This document shows, in pieces, positions 1 to 14,604 of a stretch of DNA of 64,000 nucleotides. Origin of the DNA: Paraspadella gotoi (taxonomy: Eukaryota; Animalia; Chaetognatha); contig CM119265.1 in the NCBI GenBank assembly GCA_051294375.1, forward strand, positions 2,146,311-2,210,310, written 5' to 3'. Below the pieces are notes generated by a model. The model made no database searches. It was given only the letters and a program-made list of their open reading frames with translations, and was not told the DNA's origin. Position 1 is the first letter of the stretch. The number at the start of each line of letters is the position of its first letter. The position numbers were made by a program, and so were the translations under genes.

Positions 1-339
1 CAATTTCAAGTTTTTGACAAATTTATTGTTTTTGTACATTATGAAATGTAACATTGTTAAAATTTTTAAATTTTCTTTTCACATCTCTCTCATCTATCCT
101 CAAACTGAAACTGTCGTGAATGATAGTACAAGAATTAGGATATATAATTCACTTACCAATCAATGACATGTCACCGACAAATCAATGAACATATCACCGA
201 CCAATATGACATCCCGACCAGTCATTATTAATCTAGGACGAAGAACCGACTCATCCTCGTTAAGATAAAAATCAAGAATTCGGATTTGAAGCCAGAAGGA
301 GGAAGATGAAGGGAAAGGAGGAGGAGGAATGTGGTGGGG

Positions 340-692
340 GTCGGAGAAGGTCGGAGAAGGTTGATGGTCGGAGAAGGTCGGAGAAGATCGGAGAAGGTCG
401 GAGAAGATCGGAGAAGTTTGGAGAAAGCGGAGAAAGGGAAGGTGCGTAGAAGGTCGGAGAAAGTCGGAGAAGGTTGGAGAGTGTTGTAAAAAGGTCCGGA
501 GAAGGTTGGAGGATGTCGGAGAAGTCGGAAGAAGGTCGAAGAAGGTTGGAGAAGTTCGGAGAAGGCCGGAGAAGGTTAGAGAAAGTCGGAGTAGGTCGGA
601 GAAGATCGGAGAAGGTCGAAGAAGATCGGAGAAGACCGGAGAAGGTCGGAGAAGGTCGGAGAAGGTCGAAGAAGGTCGGAAAAGGTCGGAAA
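340..692. repeat. 10-bp tandem minisatellite (GGAGAAGGTC-like units)
   Basis: Repeated ggtcggagaa/gatcggagaa units; accounts for spurious ORFs 474-803. Confidence 0.9.
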
Positions 693-1489
693 AGGGGGCA
701 GGGGATTTAAGGCTTTTCGTCTGATGGAGAAGAGAGATTGTTTGTAGTCGTTTATACGTACATCAATTTGACAGTCAATGTACAATTGTACATAATATAT
801 CATGATAATATAAGTAAATTATTATCGATTACTAGTAAAAATTAGACCCCTCCAGAAATGATCACAGCAATCTTTTGAAAGGTTAGAAGAATATCTTTGC
901 TGGGACGACTATCAACCTATTAGAGAATAAGGACCTTGATAAAAATCGCCCATAGAATTCCGATGACCAAACGAATAACATGCTGTAAATTAATCCAATT
1001 ATATTACTTATAACGCTAATACTTAATTTTTTGTTTTGGTTCACCAAAAATGATTTAAACGCTCACGATAACAATTAAAAAGACTATATATTAAAAATTG
1101 CATATCATTTTCTGTTACATAATCGTCTATTTTTGACAAGATTGTCAACTAATTTTAAGATAAATTTTGTATACAATTAGAACTATCTATGGGGATTATT
1201 ACAACCCCATGTCAGCCGCATGAATTTCCCCAACAGGGTCAATCAACTGCCAAAAAAAATAATGAAATTGGGTACACACCAACCAATTCTTTAAAATTTA
1301 TTATTTTTTTTTCTAAATCAGTTTTTAAATGTAGGGTGTGATATTTCTTTGAAAGTCAACTACTTCCTTAAATAAGAGAAAATGTTTTTTTATTTTTGAA
1401 TTATGATATTAAGGTTGATTAGAAACGCTTTTTTCATGTCATGTATGCTAAAAAAATTTTATTTCAAAAAATTAACGTGACTAATGATC

Positions 1490-2180
1490 ATAAACAATGA
1501 GTTTTAGGTTATTAAATAAAAAGGACAAGTTTTGACTTTATCCAAGCCTTCTTCAGCGCTAAAAGCATGTCCGTTTTTTAATACATAAAATTCAAAACCA
1601 AAATAAGAGAAGAAAATATATTTTTTATTGTTTAATAAAACAATGGTTGTGAAGATATTTCTGGTCTCACGCTCAGCGAGGCAAACATTCGCGAACGTTG
1701 CCCGTTCCAGAAATAGAAAACGTTTCTTCCATTATTTGTGAAACTTTAATTAGTCAAAAATTCTAGCCGGAGACCCATGTTAAGACAGTATCGGGAACGG
1801 GCAACGTTCGAATAGTTTTCCTCCGCGAAGCGTGAGATCCAAAAATATCTCACAGTAAAAAACGGGGTTTTTTGGGAAGCGGGTACAACGTTTGAGCTCT
1901 GAAGAGAAAACAGTCGAAAAAAATAACGGACAATACCGGACAATTGGGTCTCGGCCTCGATGAGGCCGCGACATGGTTGCCCTTCATGAAATCAAAAAAA
2001 ATTTCAAACAAAGAAATTCGCGCTAAAAGAAGGCTCTCATACAGAGGAAACATGTCCGATATGTTTTTGCTTCACTTTGTACATATTGTTTTGTAAACAA
2101 GCAAAACTTTGTATCTAAAAACATTACCAACTTACAACAAATCGAAAGAAATTACAATATAAGACTCATTTTTAATCACT
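1490..2180. mobile_element. Degenerate foldback/palindromic element (MITE-like)
   Basis: ~1647-1710 (gtgaagatatttctggtctcacgct...aacgttgcccgttcc) is the imperfect reverse complement of ~1794-1856. Outer arms also pair (agccttcttcagcgc ~1545 with gcgctaaaagaaggct ~2020; acaagttttg ~1525 with caaaactttgt ~2102). Termini uncertain. Confidence 0.55.
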
Positions 2181-5149
2181 CGACCGCTGACTTCACCTTC
2201 GGTTAGTTCCTTTGAGTTAAGTTAGTGATAACTAGGTTGATAGGGTTATTGTAGATTCCCAGAACCTGCAAAGTGGATCCGACATGGCTCTTTGAAATCC
2301 CTTCAGCATTGATATGTCTGTTAAATTCGCAGACTGTCATTAATGCTTTTGGAAATGGAGATCGGTATATAATATTATTTCCAAACCGATTTTATTTTAT
2401 GAACGAAACATGTTTCAGCGTCACAACTTGAGCGCTCATCAGCGTCAAAGTTCTTTGTGGAATTATTCAAATTTTTCTACAAAACTCTGTGGAAACTTAC
2501 GCGCCTCTGCTATGCTCTCTTTCCTCCTCCCTCTTCTTCTTTTGTGCCGCAATTCATTAAAATTTAGTAAAATCATTTTATTTTTAATAAACTTATTTTA
2601 CACTTCTTTAAAGAATATTTTGAATTTTGTACCTTTTTCATGTCATTTATTTATTCAAAAGGTAGTTGAAATTATTGGCTTAGTAATTTGTTCTTTATAT
2701 TTGAGTTAGTAGCGAGGATAATGGCGCCTCACCGCTCGAGGTTATTATAGACATTTACTAATAAAATAATATAAAAAAGCCATATATGAATTATAAACAT
2801 AACAGTAGAATTATTGTTAACTTAAAATTCAAAGAATAGTTATTTAGAAAAATCTTTCAAAATGCAATTATTGTCCTTTTTTTAGTTTTGAAAATATTAA
2901 TGGTATCGTATTTTAGATAATGTTTAGTAATATAGGAGCATGATATCACATTATAATTTAAAGATAAAATAAATTAAAATATTAGAACTAATGTAATAAT
3001 TAACCAGAAAATAAGCTTAAAAATAACTTAATCTTAGTCTAGAATACATTTTATTTTCAAAAAACAACAGCTTATTTCTGAACCCGGAAGTGGTACTCCA
3101 CATAAAGGTGGCGTGGCAGAAGGTCCAATAAATCACCAAGCGCATGAGAAATTTTTGCATTGTGATAGTTCGTTTTTTCTTTCACTAAAATTGGATAATT
3201 AAGAACTTTGGCGCAGAAAACCAACACTTTTCTAAAGTAGGACACTTGCGGAGCCTAATTATATATATATCTGCCATCATATTCCCTTTCATTTCTCCCT
3301 ATGGTTGCTACCCAACATTCGACGTCTCTTCTTCCGTTACTTTTTCCTCTTTCCTTCTTTTCCTCACTCCCTCTCTCTCCCTCTATCCGTCTATCAGTTT
3401 TCGCCATATAACTTTTACTTGACGACGCACAACCACCCAAGAGTTCACAACTTTCACCTGACCACTGACCACACACCTCTGCACTCTATCCGTTCTCCGG
3501 CACCTTGCCATTCCTATCTTCGACGTAAACCCACGCTGTTACGAACAGTTTTCTCGCTGCGACGGCCCACTCCGGCGCGCATCGGCAAACAGGCGGACGA
3601 ACCGTTGTGAAAAGTCCGTCGCGCGACGTTCATCGTTCGACCGCATTCGACTTCATTTCGCGAGTCTGGCCGCTCATTACTCGTCGTTATTGACGACACT
3701 TTCGTCGCGAATGACGTCGATTTTATCATGATTCGCCATCATCGGACTGTCGCTTTTTGTCGTAATTGATGTCTCTTGCCTTTGTGATTTGACGTCACTC
3801 TGTCATAAGTTGACATTCACTGTCCAGTCAAAATTGACTCTACCTTCTGGTCGACGGATGACATACCTTCAGTCAAAGTAATATCGACTTCTTGAGTCAT
3901 TAATAGAGCAGTCACTTCAGTCATAATAACCTAACGCCTTACTGTCGGTCGCAATGACATCACTTCTGTCATAAATTGACGTCACTTCTGTAAAAACGAT
4001 CGATTGACGTCCTTTCTCCATACATTGCACGTCACTTCCGTCTGAAACGAGAAAGTCTGCGGCGGTTTGAGTCGAACCAGAGCCAAATTCGTTTTGAAGG
4101 ATTGGGTGGGACTCAAACGTCGTGCTGATGATCGGGTGAGAGGGGAAGGGGGAGAGGGAAGAGATGGGGGGAGAGGAGGTGGAAGAAGGAGAGGGGGAGA
4201 GAGGGAGGAAGAGAGGGGAGACGATGGGAGACGCAGGGGTGGAGGGGGGAGAGGTCGAGAAAGGTGGGAGAGGGGAGTTGGCCGCACAGGCGAAGAGCGG
4301 AGCCGCGACGTAACGGGCAGCTCATCAACTGGGCACGTAGCCAGAGGAGTGAGCCGTGCACGAAGCACCGAGGCAAAGACGAAGAGAAAGGCGGGCAGAG
4401 AGGGAGAACCGCGACGCAGAGGAGACTCAGGCGGGCGAACCAGCGGGAGACCAACGGCGCGCGACCGCCACGGACGCGCACGCAAGTCGCTGGGCCCTGC
4501 ATGTGAAAAGGCGGGCCCTGTGAGCAGAGGGAAGGGGAGGCGAGACGGCGACGACCGAGGCTGGAAAGCAGAAGGAGTAAAGGAGCGGAGAGTATGGAAA
4601 GGTGACGTAGGAGGCGCCGGAGGAGGACACGGAGAGGGAGATTGAGGGGGTAACAGCAGAGGGAAGGGAGAAGTAAGCCCGGCTTGTCGAGGGGGAGAGA
4701 GGGAGACGAAAGGGTAGACTGAGCAAGGGGAGAAAGCGTGAGGAGATGAGGGAGAGGGACAGAGTGGGAATNNNNNNNNNNNNNNNNNNNNNNNNNGTAG
4801 GGGAGATGGGGAGAGAGGGGAGAAAGGGAGAGGGGGAGAGAGGAAGAAGGGGAGAGAGGGAAGAGAGGGGAGAGGGGAGAGAGGGAGAAAGGGGAGAGAG
4901 GGGATTGGGGAAGGGAAAGAGGGAAGGGATAGGGGAGATGGGGAGAGAGGAGAGGGAGAGAGAGGAGAGAGAAGAGAGGGGAGAGAGGAGAGAGAGAGAG
5001 GGATAGGGGAGGAAGGAGGAGGGAGAGAGAAAGAGGGAGAGAGAGGAGAGAGGGAGAGGAGGAGAGGAGAGAGGAGAGAAGAGAGAGAGAGGAGAGAGAG
5101 AGGAGAGAGAGAGAGAGAGGGGAAGGGGAAAAAGGGGGGAGAGGAGAGG

Positions 5150-6346
5150 AGAGAGGGAGAGAAGTGGTATTTTTTTTCTGTCTTAACAATAAGCAACCAA
5201 CTATATGCATTATATATTTATGCAATTAATTATGAGCATTTTTAAAGTAAGTGGGACAGACCGATGGACATCAACAACCGAGCCGACCGAAAAGTAAGGG
5301 CGAGGGTGAGGAAGTGAGGAAAAAGTAAGAAAATATCAAAGAGGTAGAAAGCAGGGGTTTAGTAAGCGAAACCGATTTGAAAAAAAAAAAAGGAAAAAGA
5401 AAGAAGAAAAAAAGAAGAAAGATGAATTGACTCTTTTTTTTCACTTTCACAGTCAAACGATTCTCTTCGATTGCTTCTTCTGATTGACTGACTGACTGAC
5501 TACACGACGATCGATTGGCGTCGCGAGGGGAAACGAAGCGAAACAAAATATCAGTTAATTTAGAAAAAAAAGGAAAGAAATTAACTTTTTCATTTTTTTA
5601 AAAAATGACTCTGTAATTTTTAGGCTAAATAAATTTAAATAATCTCTCAATGTTTTTATTCAGATTTTTTTCTTTCGCATAAATGGCGAATAGGTTCTAC
5701 AGAATTAATATACTTTAAAAGTTGTCAGCGTTGCTGACAAAATTTCGCGACAGAATTCTACCAATCACAAAATATGTCACTTCATTCCATCAAATATGTC
5801 ACTTCACTCCATTCAATATGTCACTTCATTCCGTCAAATATGTCACTTCATTCCATCCAATAAGTCTCTTCATTCCATCCATATGTCACTTCATTCCATC
5901 CAAAATGTCACTTTCATTCCATCCAATATGTCACTTCATTCCATCCAATATTTCTCTTCATTCCATCCAATATGTCACTTCATTTCATCTAATATGTCAC
6001 TTTCATTCCATCCAATATGTCCTCTTCATTCCATCCAATATGTCTCTTCATTCCATCCGATATGTCACTTCATTCCATCCAATTAAGCCAAGACAACTCG
6101 AGTCACTTACTCACTCTTTTTATCACGAGCTGTCACAAAGTTATCACTTTTCCAATTCCTCTCCCCCCTTTCATCTCCGATGATGTCACAAGTTGTCACA
6201 AGCTTCCTCTTTATCACTTGCCAGCGACAGAGAAATGTCAGTCGCGTCTTAGTGAGAATTAGAATTTCATTTTTTTTAATCGGAACGAATGAAGCGACGG
6301 GTTTGAATCGACTATCTCTGTGTCTATGTCTTCTCTCTCTCTCTCT

Positions 6347-6392
<46 letters not shown>

Positions 6393-6475
6393 TTGAGGAT
6401 GATTTTAAGTCGACAACAGAAGGGAGAGACCCTCATGACGTCGTGAAGCGACAAAAAACCGTCACTTCCGGTGGA

Positions 6476-6554
<79 letters not shown>

Positions 6555-6614
6555 CCCTCTTTGACTCTCTCCTCCTTTTCCCCAGGGTATCCGTAGCAAC
6601 CAGCTTGTGTATTA

Positions 6615-6695
<81 letters not shown>

Positions 6696-6850
6696 CATTC
6701 GGATGAATGAACGAATATGAAGAGAAATGAATGAAATGAATAAAATGAATGTGGTCGCCGCGAATGAATGGAGATGAACGAAAAAAAAGAGGAAAGAGGA
6801 TGAAGAGGAAGAACGGGAAGAGGAGAGGAAGAGGAATTAGAGGAGGAGGG
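5150..6850. repeat. Segment duplicated at ~10177-11830 (partial third copy ~16660-16990)
   Basis: Near-identical text (gagaagtggtatt...aggaattagaggagga); copies differ mostly by 1-bp indels. Confidence 0.9.
5772..6082. repeat. 22-bp minisatellite (ATATGTCACTTCATTCCATCCA)n; second copy ~10796-11104
   Basis: Direct tandem units seen in sequence. Confidence 0.9.
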
Positions 6851-9619
6851 AGGTATAGTCAGAGCAGTTATTCGACACTTTTCGACTCGCTAACGGTCGA
6901 AAAGTTCGCAGCGACTGATTTAAGGTGGTCGAAAGGTCGAATTCGACTCATTATCAGTCGAATGCGCGGAGAGCATGAATTCATTAAACGCTCTAATTTC
7001 GAGATCAATTATTCATTGTAGTGAAATTCAATGTTTATAAATAGGGGTTGGCCGCTCTCTAAACGAATATTTAGAGAATACTTTCAATGGACAAAAAATT
7101 TCTAGTAATTATAATTTTTAATATTTATTTAATAGATAGGAAAGGCCAGAAATTTTTTTAGAGGTTTTTAAATTTTAAGACCAGATTCAAATAGCTCATA
7201 AAAAAGTTGTCTGCACAAAGTATAATTCTTTTTTAAATATTTTACGATTAATGTGTCAAAAATAGAAAAAACCATAAAAATCATCATCATCATCATCTTT
7301 TGATGATTTTTATCAGTTTTTTTCATATTTTCATTGTAATTATATTTCTTGTTTTACTTTTGTGCTCTATCAGATTCTATCTAAAAATTTAAGATTTAAA
7401 AAAAAATTTGCTCTATATAGTAAATATAATATTTTTAATTAGGCTAGTACCCCAGAAGAAAGCATTTTGAAAAAAAAATATTTTAATATTTTAAAAATAA
7501 ATAAAAAAACAAATAACAGAAAGGAATTCAACTGTTTATGAATTCATAAAAACAAATTTTTCTTTATTAATGTTTCAATATGAATAACAGAAAGTGAATT
7601 CAATTTTTATGAATTCAATAAACAAATCCTTTTCCGTTTTTTCTTTTTCGCATCACTATATTTCGTCATCTATTTTCAAAATGCCATGTTTTTTAAAAGA
7701 ACTTATATGTGCTGATTTACTTCATCCATGCTTTTTAAAATACTTTATATAAAAACTGGAAAATAACGTGAATAAAATCATGCGAATTAAATCAATTCAC
7801 AAAAAATTGATGTGATCGGTTATATAAAAATTCTTTAAAATCAAATTTGGAAAGAAAAAACGAAAAAATTATTTTTATTGCTTTGGCAACGAATGTTTTT
7901 TTTACAATTAAAAAACAAACAATTGTTGCCGAAGTAACACAAACTACCAAAAAACAAATTTAAAAATCAATGAAAATTAATATATGAATTCAGCTCAAAT
8001 GAATTCATTTATCATGAATGTTTGTAGCAACAGAAGACTTAGAATATTTTTTTCTTTACACGCATTGAAGAGCTTAAGTGTCTCTTTAAATTAAAATCTG
8101 CGCAAAGCTCTTAAGCAATATGGACAAATATAATGGTTTTTTTTAACCGAAACCTTTTTCCCTAAATTAGAATCATAGTTCATACTAATGTCTTCTGAGA
8201 TTTTTTATCAGAACAAGGAAACAACAAATTCTCATTTATATCAATATTATTTGGACAAGTTTCTAGTATCCAATGGGGGGGGGTTTCCAATGGGGGTGAA
8301 GTTCCAATTCCAATTTAAAATTTATCAAGTTTTGAAGACATTTAAAAAACCAGTTTAAAACACATATTGACAAATCCTTCAATTGTTATAGCCTAAAACG
8401 GAGCTCGGATTCGGAAGTTGGACTCCCTGACGATTCCGAAAAGTATTCACTTATCATTTTTCAAAGGGCGTTGTCGTTTTATCGAATTTTATATTACTAT
8501 ATAAAAAAAAGAACTATCTGTTGAGTTGCAGCCCCCAAACGAACAAGCCGATTCCAATGAAATAATACAGGAATTTTTTTTTAGGGTCCGGACTCAATTC
8601 TATGAAAAGTTTTTTTTAAATTCGTATTCCTTCATAGAAAATTTAATTATTTTGTTCAATTTCAATGTTTATTCCTTGATAATTTGAAATGAAAAGGTTT
8701 CTAAAAAACCGGCTACATAGAATTCCGCCCACCTTCTTTTCTTTTGTAAAATATTTTTTTTAAAACGTGCAGTCAATCGGTTTAGCTGCAACTCTTCGTT
8801 TTTACTTTTTGCCGTCAACAAGATTAAGTTTCTGTACTTGTTACTCTTCCAAGATTCGACGACGACATTCACGATACGTACGATCTTATAGTCAGTCGGG
8901 GCTGCCTTAAACCCGGTAATGTTAGTAATAAAGAGATAGGGTTACTAACATTAGTGGTCCAAACGCCATTTAGCTGCTTTCCTATCTAACACAGGCAGTT
9001 CCCTAGATTCTGAATCAAAGCCCGTTGTGAATTGTGTAAAGACTCAAGACAAGCGTGTTTCAAGATCATTGGATTGCAGTTTTTATATTGCATCAAAAGA
9101 ATCGAATATTCTGTTTGCCAGAACAATGTTTTTTATTAATAAAAATTACACTAATTGATTGATTTTTTTTTACTAATTACAAATATATACTTACAATTAT
9201 ACTGATTCTCTTATAGGAAGTTATTTATTAGAGGTGGCTTAGAATTATTGATTTTATTTATGCTCATGTTTGAAAGTTTATTGAGGACATCTGATTAATG
9301 TATACAGCTCTGGTGAGTTCACAAAAAAGAGTCTGTAGAATTTATTATATTTTTTTTAAGTCTTGAAGTTTTCTTGAAAATATAAGTTTACCGGAAAAAA
9401 AAAATTATTGAGAAATTGAGCTTACCGTGAAAAATCAGTTTCGACCGAAATCTTGGCTTACCGGAATAAAAAATTTTGCAATAAAATTAGGTTGGGGCAT
9501 TCTAAGTGCATAAGGGAAAATCTCGATTTATTTCTCCAGAAAACCTCTCAGAAGGATGCGAGGGAGGTATTAGGAAACACTAAATTTAGATTTCTGCAAT
9601 TATAGATTGAGTGATCCCT

Positions 9620-9686
9620 GGCCTAAGGTGGAGCAACGGTTAACGTTATTGTGACCGTCGCCATGATCCGGTTCAACTCCAGATGA
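9620..9686 (+). mobile_element. tRNA-derived SINE head or tRNA pseudogene remnant
   Basis: A-box-like tggagcaacgg and B-box ggttcaactcc at tRNA-like spacing; no intact cloverleaf evident. Confidence 0.35.
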
Positions 9687-11414
9687 AAAATATGTTTTTA
9701 ATTCCTTTCGCAATTTTTTAAAATTTTTTTATTTTATCTCTGTTTTAATTTATCAAAATATATTTATATAAAGGATGTCTTGTTGATTGATTGTTATTTA
9801 AAAAAATTTTCAAAACTGGTCTCGTAGTATGAATTAAGAATGAATCTGAAAAGTGAATTCATTCTATCATGATTCAACTAAATAATTCGCTTCTAACGGA
9901 TCTCATAACTGATTCATAAATGAATCTGAGAAGTGAATTCATACAAAGAAACTGACAAAAGATCATCGAATCAAGTAATACTTGTTAACCATTGCCAAGT
10001 TGTTTCTTTATATTTCTTTACCCGTTTTATTTTTTTAGTGTAATGAATTCATGCATTGATTCAACTAAATAATTCATCTCTAACGGATCTCATCAACTGA
10101 TTTCAAAATGAATCTGAGAAGTGAATTCATTACAATGAAAACTGACAAAAGACTCATCGAATCAAGTAATGACTTGGAAGAGAGGGAGAGAAGTGGTATT
10201 TTTTCTGTCTTAACAAATAAGCAACCAACTATATGCATTATATTATATTATGCAAATTATGAGCATTTTTAAAGTAAGTGGGACAGACCGATGGACTAAC
10301 ATACCGACCGACCGAAAAGTAAGGGCGAGGGTGAGGAAGTGAGGAAAAAGTAAGAAAATATCAAAGAGGTAGAAAGCAGGGGTTTAGTAAGCGAAACCGA
10401 TTTGAAAAAAAAAGGAGAAAAGAAGAAAGAAAAAAAAAGAAGAAGATGAATTGACTCCTTTTTTTTCACTTTCACAGTCAAACGATTCTCTTCGATTGTT
10501 CTTCTGATTGACTGACTGACTGACTACAGCGACGATTGGCGTCGCGAGGGGAAACGAAGCGAAACAAAATATCAGTTAATTTAGAAAAAAAAGGAAAGAA
10601 ATTAACTTTTTTCATTTTTTTAAAAATGACTCTGTAATTTTTAGGCTAAATAAATTTAAATAATCTCTCAATGTTTTTTATTCAGATTTTTTTCTTTCGC
10701 ATTAAAATGGCGAATAGGTTCTACAGAATTAATATACTTTAAAAGTTGTCAGCGTTGCTGACAAAATTTCGCGACACGAATTCTACCAATCACAAAATAT
10801 GTCACTTCATTCCATCAAATATGTCACTTCACTCCATTCAATATGTCACTTCATTCCGTCAAATATGTCACTTCATTCCATCCAATAAGTCTCTTCATTC
10901 CATCCATATGTCACTTCATTCCATCCAAAATGTCACTTCATTCCATCCAATATGTCACTTCATTCCATCCAATATTTCTCTTCATTCCATCCAATATGTC
11001 ACTTCATTTCATCTAATATGTCACTTCATTCCATCCAATATGTCTCTTCATTCCATCCAATATGTCTCTTCATTCCATCCGATATGTCACTTCATTCCAT
11101 CCAATTAAGCCAAGACAACTCGAGTCACTTACTCACTCTTTTTATCACGAGCTGTCACAAAGTTATCACTTTTCCAATTCCTCTCCCCCCTTTCATCTCC
11201 GATGATGTCACAAGTTGTCACAAGCTTCCTCTTTATCACTTGCCAGCGACAGAGAAATGTCAGTCGCGTCTTAGTGAGAATTAGAATTTCATTTTTTTTA
11301 ATCGGACGAATGAAGCGACGGGTTTGAATCGACTATCTCTGTGTCTATGTCTTTCTCNNNNNNNNNNNNNNNNNNNNNNNNNTTTATGTCGACAACAAAG
11401 AGGAAAAGACCCCT

Positions 11415-11459
11415 ACAGTGACGTCGTGAAGCGACAAAAACCGTCACTTCCGGTGGAAA

Positions 11460-11499
<40 letters not shown>

Positions 11500-11575
11500 T
11501 CTCTCTCTCTCCTCTCTCTCTCTCTCGTTCCCTCTTTGACCTCTTTCCTCCTTTCCCCAGGGTATCCGTAGCAAC
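11415..11575. promoter_or_regulatory. Candidate cis-regulatory cluster (CRE-like TGACGTC, ETS-like CACTTCCGG, X-box-like GTATCCGTAGCAAC); duplicate at ~6435-6600
   Basis: Motif matches only; lies ~3 kb upstream of the centrin-like ATG. Confidence 0.3.
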
Positions 11576-11593
11576 CAGCTTGTTGTATTAGTT

Positions 11594-11675
<82 letters not shown>

Positions 11676-12375
11676 CATTCGGGATGAATGAACGAATATG
11701 AAAGAAATGAATGAAATGAATAAAATGAATGTGGTCGCCGCGAATGAATGGAGATGAACGAAAAAAAGAGGAAAGAGGATGAAGAGGAAGAACGGGAAGA
11801 GGAGAGGAAGAGGAATTAGAGGAGGAGGAAGACGAAGAGGAGGAGGAGGAGGGGGAGGGGAGGAGGAAAAGAGGAAGAGGAGGAGAAGAGTGGAAGGAGG
11901 GAAAGAGGAAGAGCGGGAGGAAGATGGGAAGGAAGCAGAAGAAGGGGAGAGGAAGGAAACGAAGGAAAAAATATAGCTTTATTTAATAAATTGTAATTTA
12001 AAAAAAAAAAGAATAGATATAATGATATTTTTTAAAGGAAAATATTACATTTGGTTGTATAAAATCTAAATTATGTGACCAAGATTTCAGGGTTTATTAC
12101 TTCAAATATCATTTTTTGTTATGTTTAACAATTGGTTTCGTCTTCGTCGTCGTCATAATCGTCGTCTTTGTCGTTTCCGTGTCATTCAAGTCCAAAGACT
12201 TGTTTCTCTGTCATCAATCACTGTCATCTATCATCAGCTTCATTTTCGTCGTCGTCTTCGTCTTCGTCGAAGAGCGAAAACAGAGAAGGAGACGATTTCG
12301 AACGGAGACAGAGTCGATTCGAAAACAGAGACAGAGTGAAATGGAAAGTTTCGGTCGAAAGTGAAAAATGGAAGA

Positions 12376-12445
<70 letters not shown>

Positions 12446-14341
12446 ACATGATTTTAGGGGTGAGCGCGAACGCAGACCCCACTATCACAAATTATCACAA
12501 ATTATTATCACAAATTATTATCACAAATTATGTTCCCAGTTTCACACATTTGGGGAAATCGCAAGAATCAGCCCAACCGAACCTCAGGTTAAAACTCTGC
12601 AGAAAAAAACGTGTGCTTGATAGCGTCCTAAATTATGCTAAAAAATGGCTAGATTATTTTTTACTATGCTAAATATTGTGACAAATTATCTTTTAGCTAA
12701 CTTAATGCAAAACTGTTACAAGAGTAAAGAGAAATGATTATTATTAGAGCCTATTAAAAATCATTTAGACAGATAAAAACAAAAAAAAACGAAAAAATGA
12801 GACTTTTTGTGAATTGCTTAAGCGACAAGCCATATAACCAGTAAAAGGTGTTTTGCAACAGTAATTTTCAAACAGACCAACCAACCAACTGACGCCCTAG
12901 TGTTTTGCACTTGTAAAGTTCCTTTAACATGCTATTACTAGTATTACAGAACTACACAAGCATCTCAGAGGAAAATCGGTATTAACCAAATACTTTGGCT
13001 TTATTGTATAAATGCTAGCAATCCGTTCCTGGTCTTAAACAACTGTAATAGGAATTAACATGATTTTTACAAAGAAATAAATAATAAAATAAGCAAATAG
13101 AATATTTAATACAGATTTATATTGCCAGAAGAAGTGTTTTTCATAGTCTGTCCAATGCTGTAGATCGAAAAACGTTACATTTTTTTTTCACAATTTGAAT
13201 ATGCCAGATTGTATGCTATATGCCACATCATTTTTTACTGGCTAAACGGTCTGAAATTATGCTAGATCTGGCACACAGTAGGCTAAGTTTTAACCAGAGA
13301 ACGGAAGTGCAATGAAGGGCCTCGCCCTGGGGGAACCTCCTTGCTGATAAAAGTATCCCCTAAGCCAGGTATTTTAAAAAAAAATTAATCAATATATATA
13401 TATAAATCAACAAAAGTAAGTCCAAGATTGTGAGCGAAATTATTTAATTCCTAAGCAGAACACAAAGAAGTCTGCTAGTTACCGCGTTTGTCAGTGTGTT
13501 ACGTTATGAACATGTTTTGGTTTACACTGATTAAACAATTTAAAATTTTGTATTTGCTTTAATACTAAACCTTAATTTTTATGGTTTATCTAAATTAAAA
13601 TATTATAAACCTTAATGTTTTTATTATATACTTCTGGCAGCTTTTTCTCTTTTTATGCAAATTAGTTTCCAGAAAGAGGCTTCTAAGGGAGAAACAAAAG
13701 ATTAGAGTTTAGATCAACTTCGGTATTTTTTTTTGGTTTTGTTTGAGGCAGGAGTTCACTGATTAACTTTTTGGTTGTACTTTTTATTTTTTATGTTTTC
13801 TAGAGTCACAACCATTTTAAGTGAATATTCAATTTTATTCATTCACGGAAAAGCAAAATTTAAATACAGAAAGAAAACCAAACGGGTAAAATTAAACAGA
13901 AACGGTCAAGAAAAATAGTAAAGTAAACAAAAACAGTAAAAGTAAATAAAAACAGTAAAACATATCAGAAACAGAAAAAGTCATCAGAAACAGGAAATGC
14001 AATTAAAAAGTAAGAAGTCGGAGAGAAATAGTAAAACTAAAGGTTTTTTTTTCAATTAAGAATTTTTTTCTCTTATTTTTCTCTTTTAAAAAAAATTGTT
14101 TAGCGAATTTGGTCAACTTTTGAAATTTAAAAACAAATTCTGTGTTTTAAATCAAGAAAAAAGAGTCTCCTGCCTTTTTAAGGTAAAAAAATTAAAAATA
14201 TTTAAAATTTGTATTCTCATCAACTACTCTAAATTAACTTTGACAGTAATTGATAAGTTTTGGGAATAGTTTTCATATTATCTAAGTATGACATATGATA
14301 TATTAGTTATAACAATAACTACTTCAAGCGACCTCTGATTT

Positions 14342-14387
<46 letters not shown>

Positions 14388-14604
14388 GCCAAATAAGATT
14401 AACTCGCATTAGTATCAAATTGAGCCGAGAGAGAAAAAAAAATATCCAGATTTGAGAATCAATTTCACCGATTAAATGTCTCACTCTCAATCAAAGTTCA
14501 TTAGTTCATAATCTAATTACGGCGGAGACCGCGGTGACGCATTCCGGTGGGTCGGTCGCGTTCGTTTACAGATGATCATCTGTTAATCGGGATCCAGTCT
14601 ACAG

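Noticed and set aside
3982-5225. Long ORFs of 192-404 aa
   Set aside because: Low-complexity GA/CT tract spanning a gap; S/P/L or R/E/G composition; looks like noisy long-read sequence
5722-6183. CRISPR-like or repeat-protein ORFs
   Set aside because: Contiguous 22-bp units with no unique spacers and no cas genes; eukaryotic minisatellite
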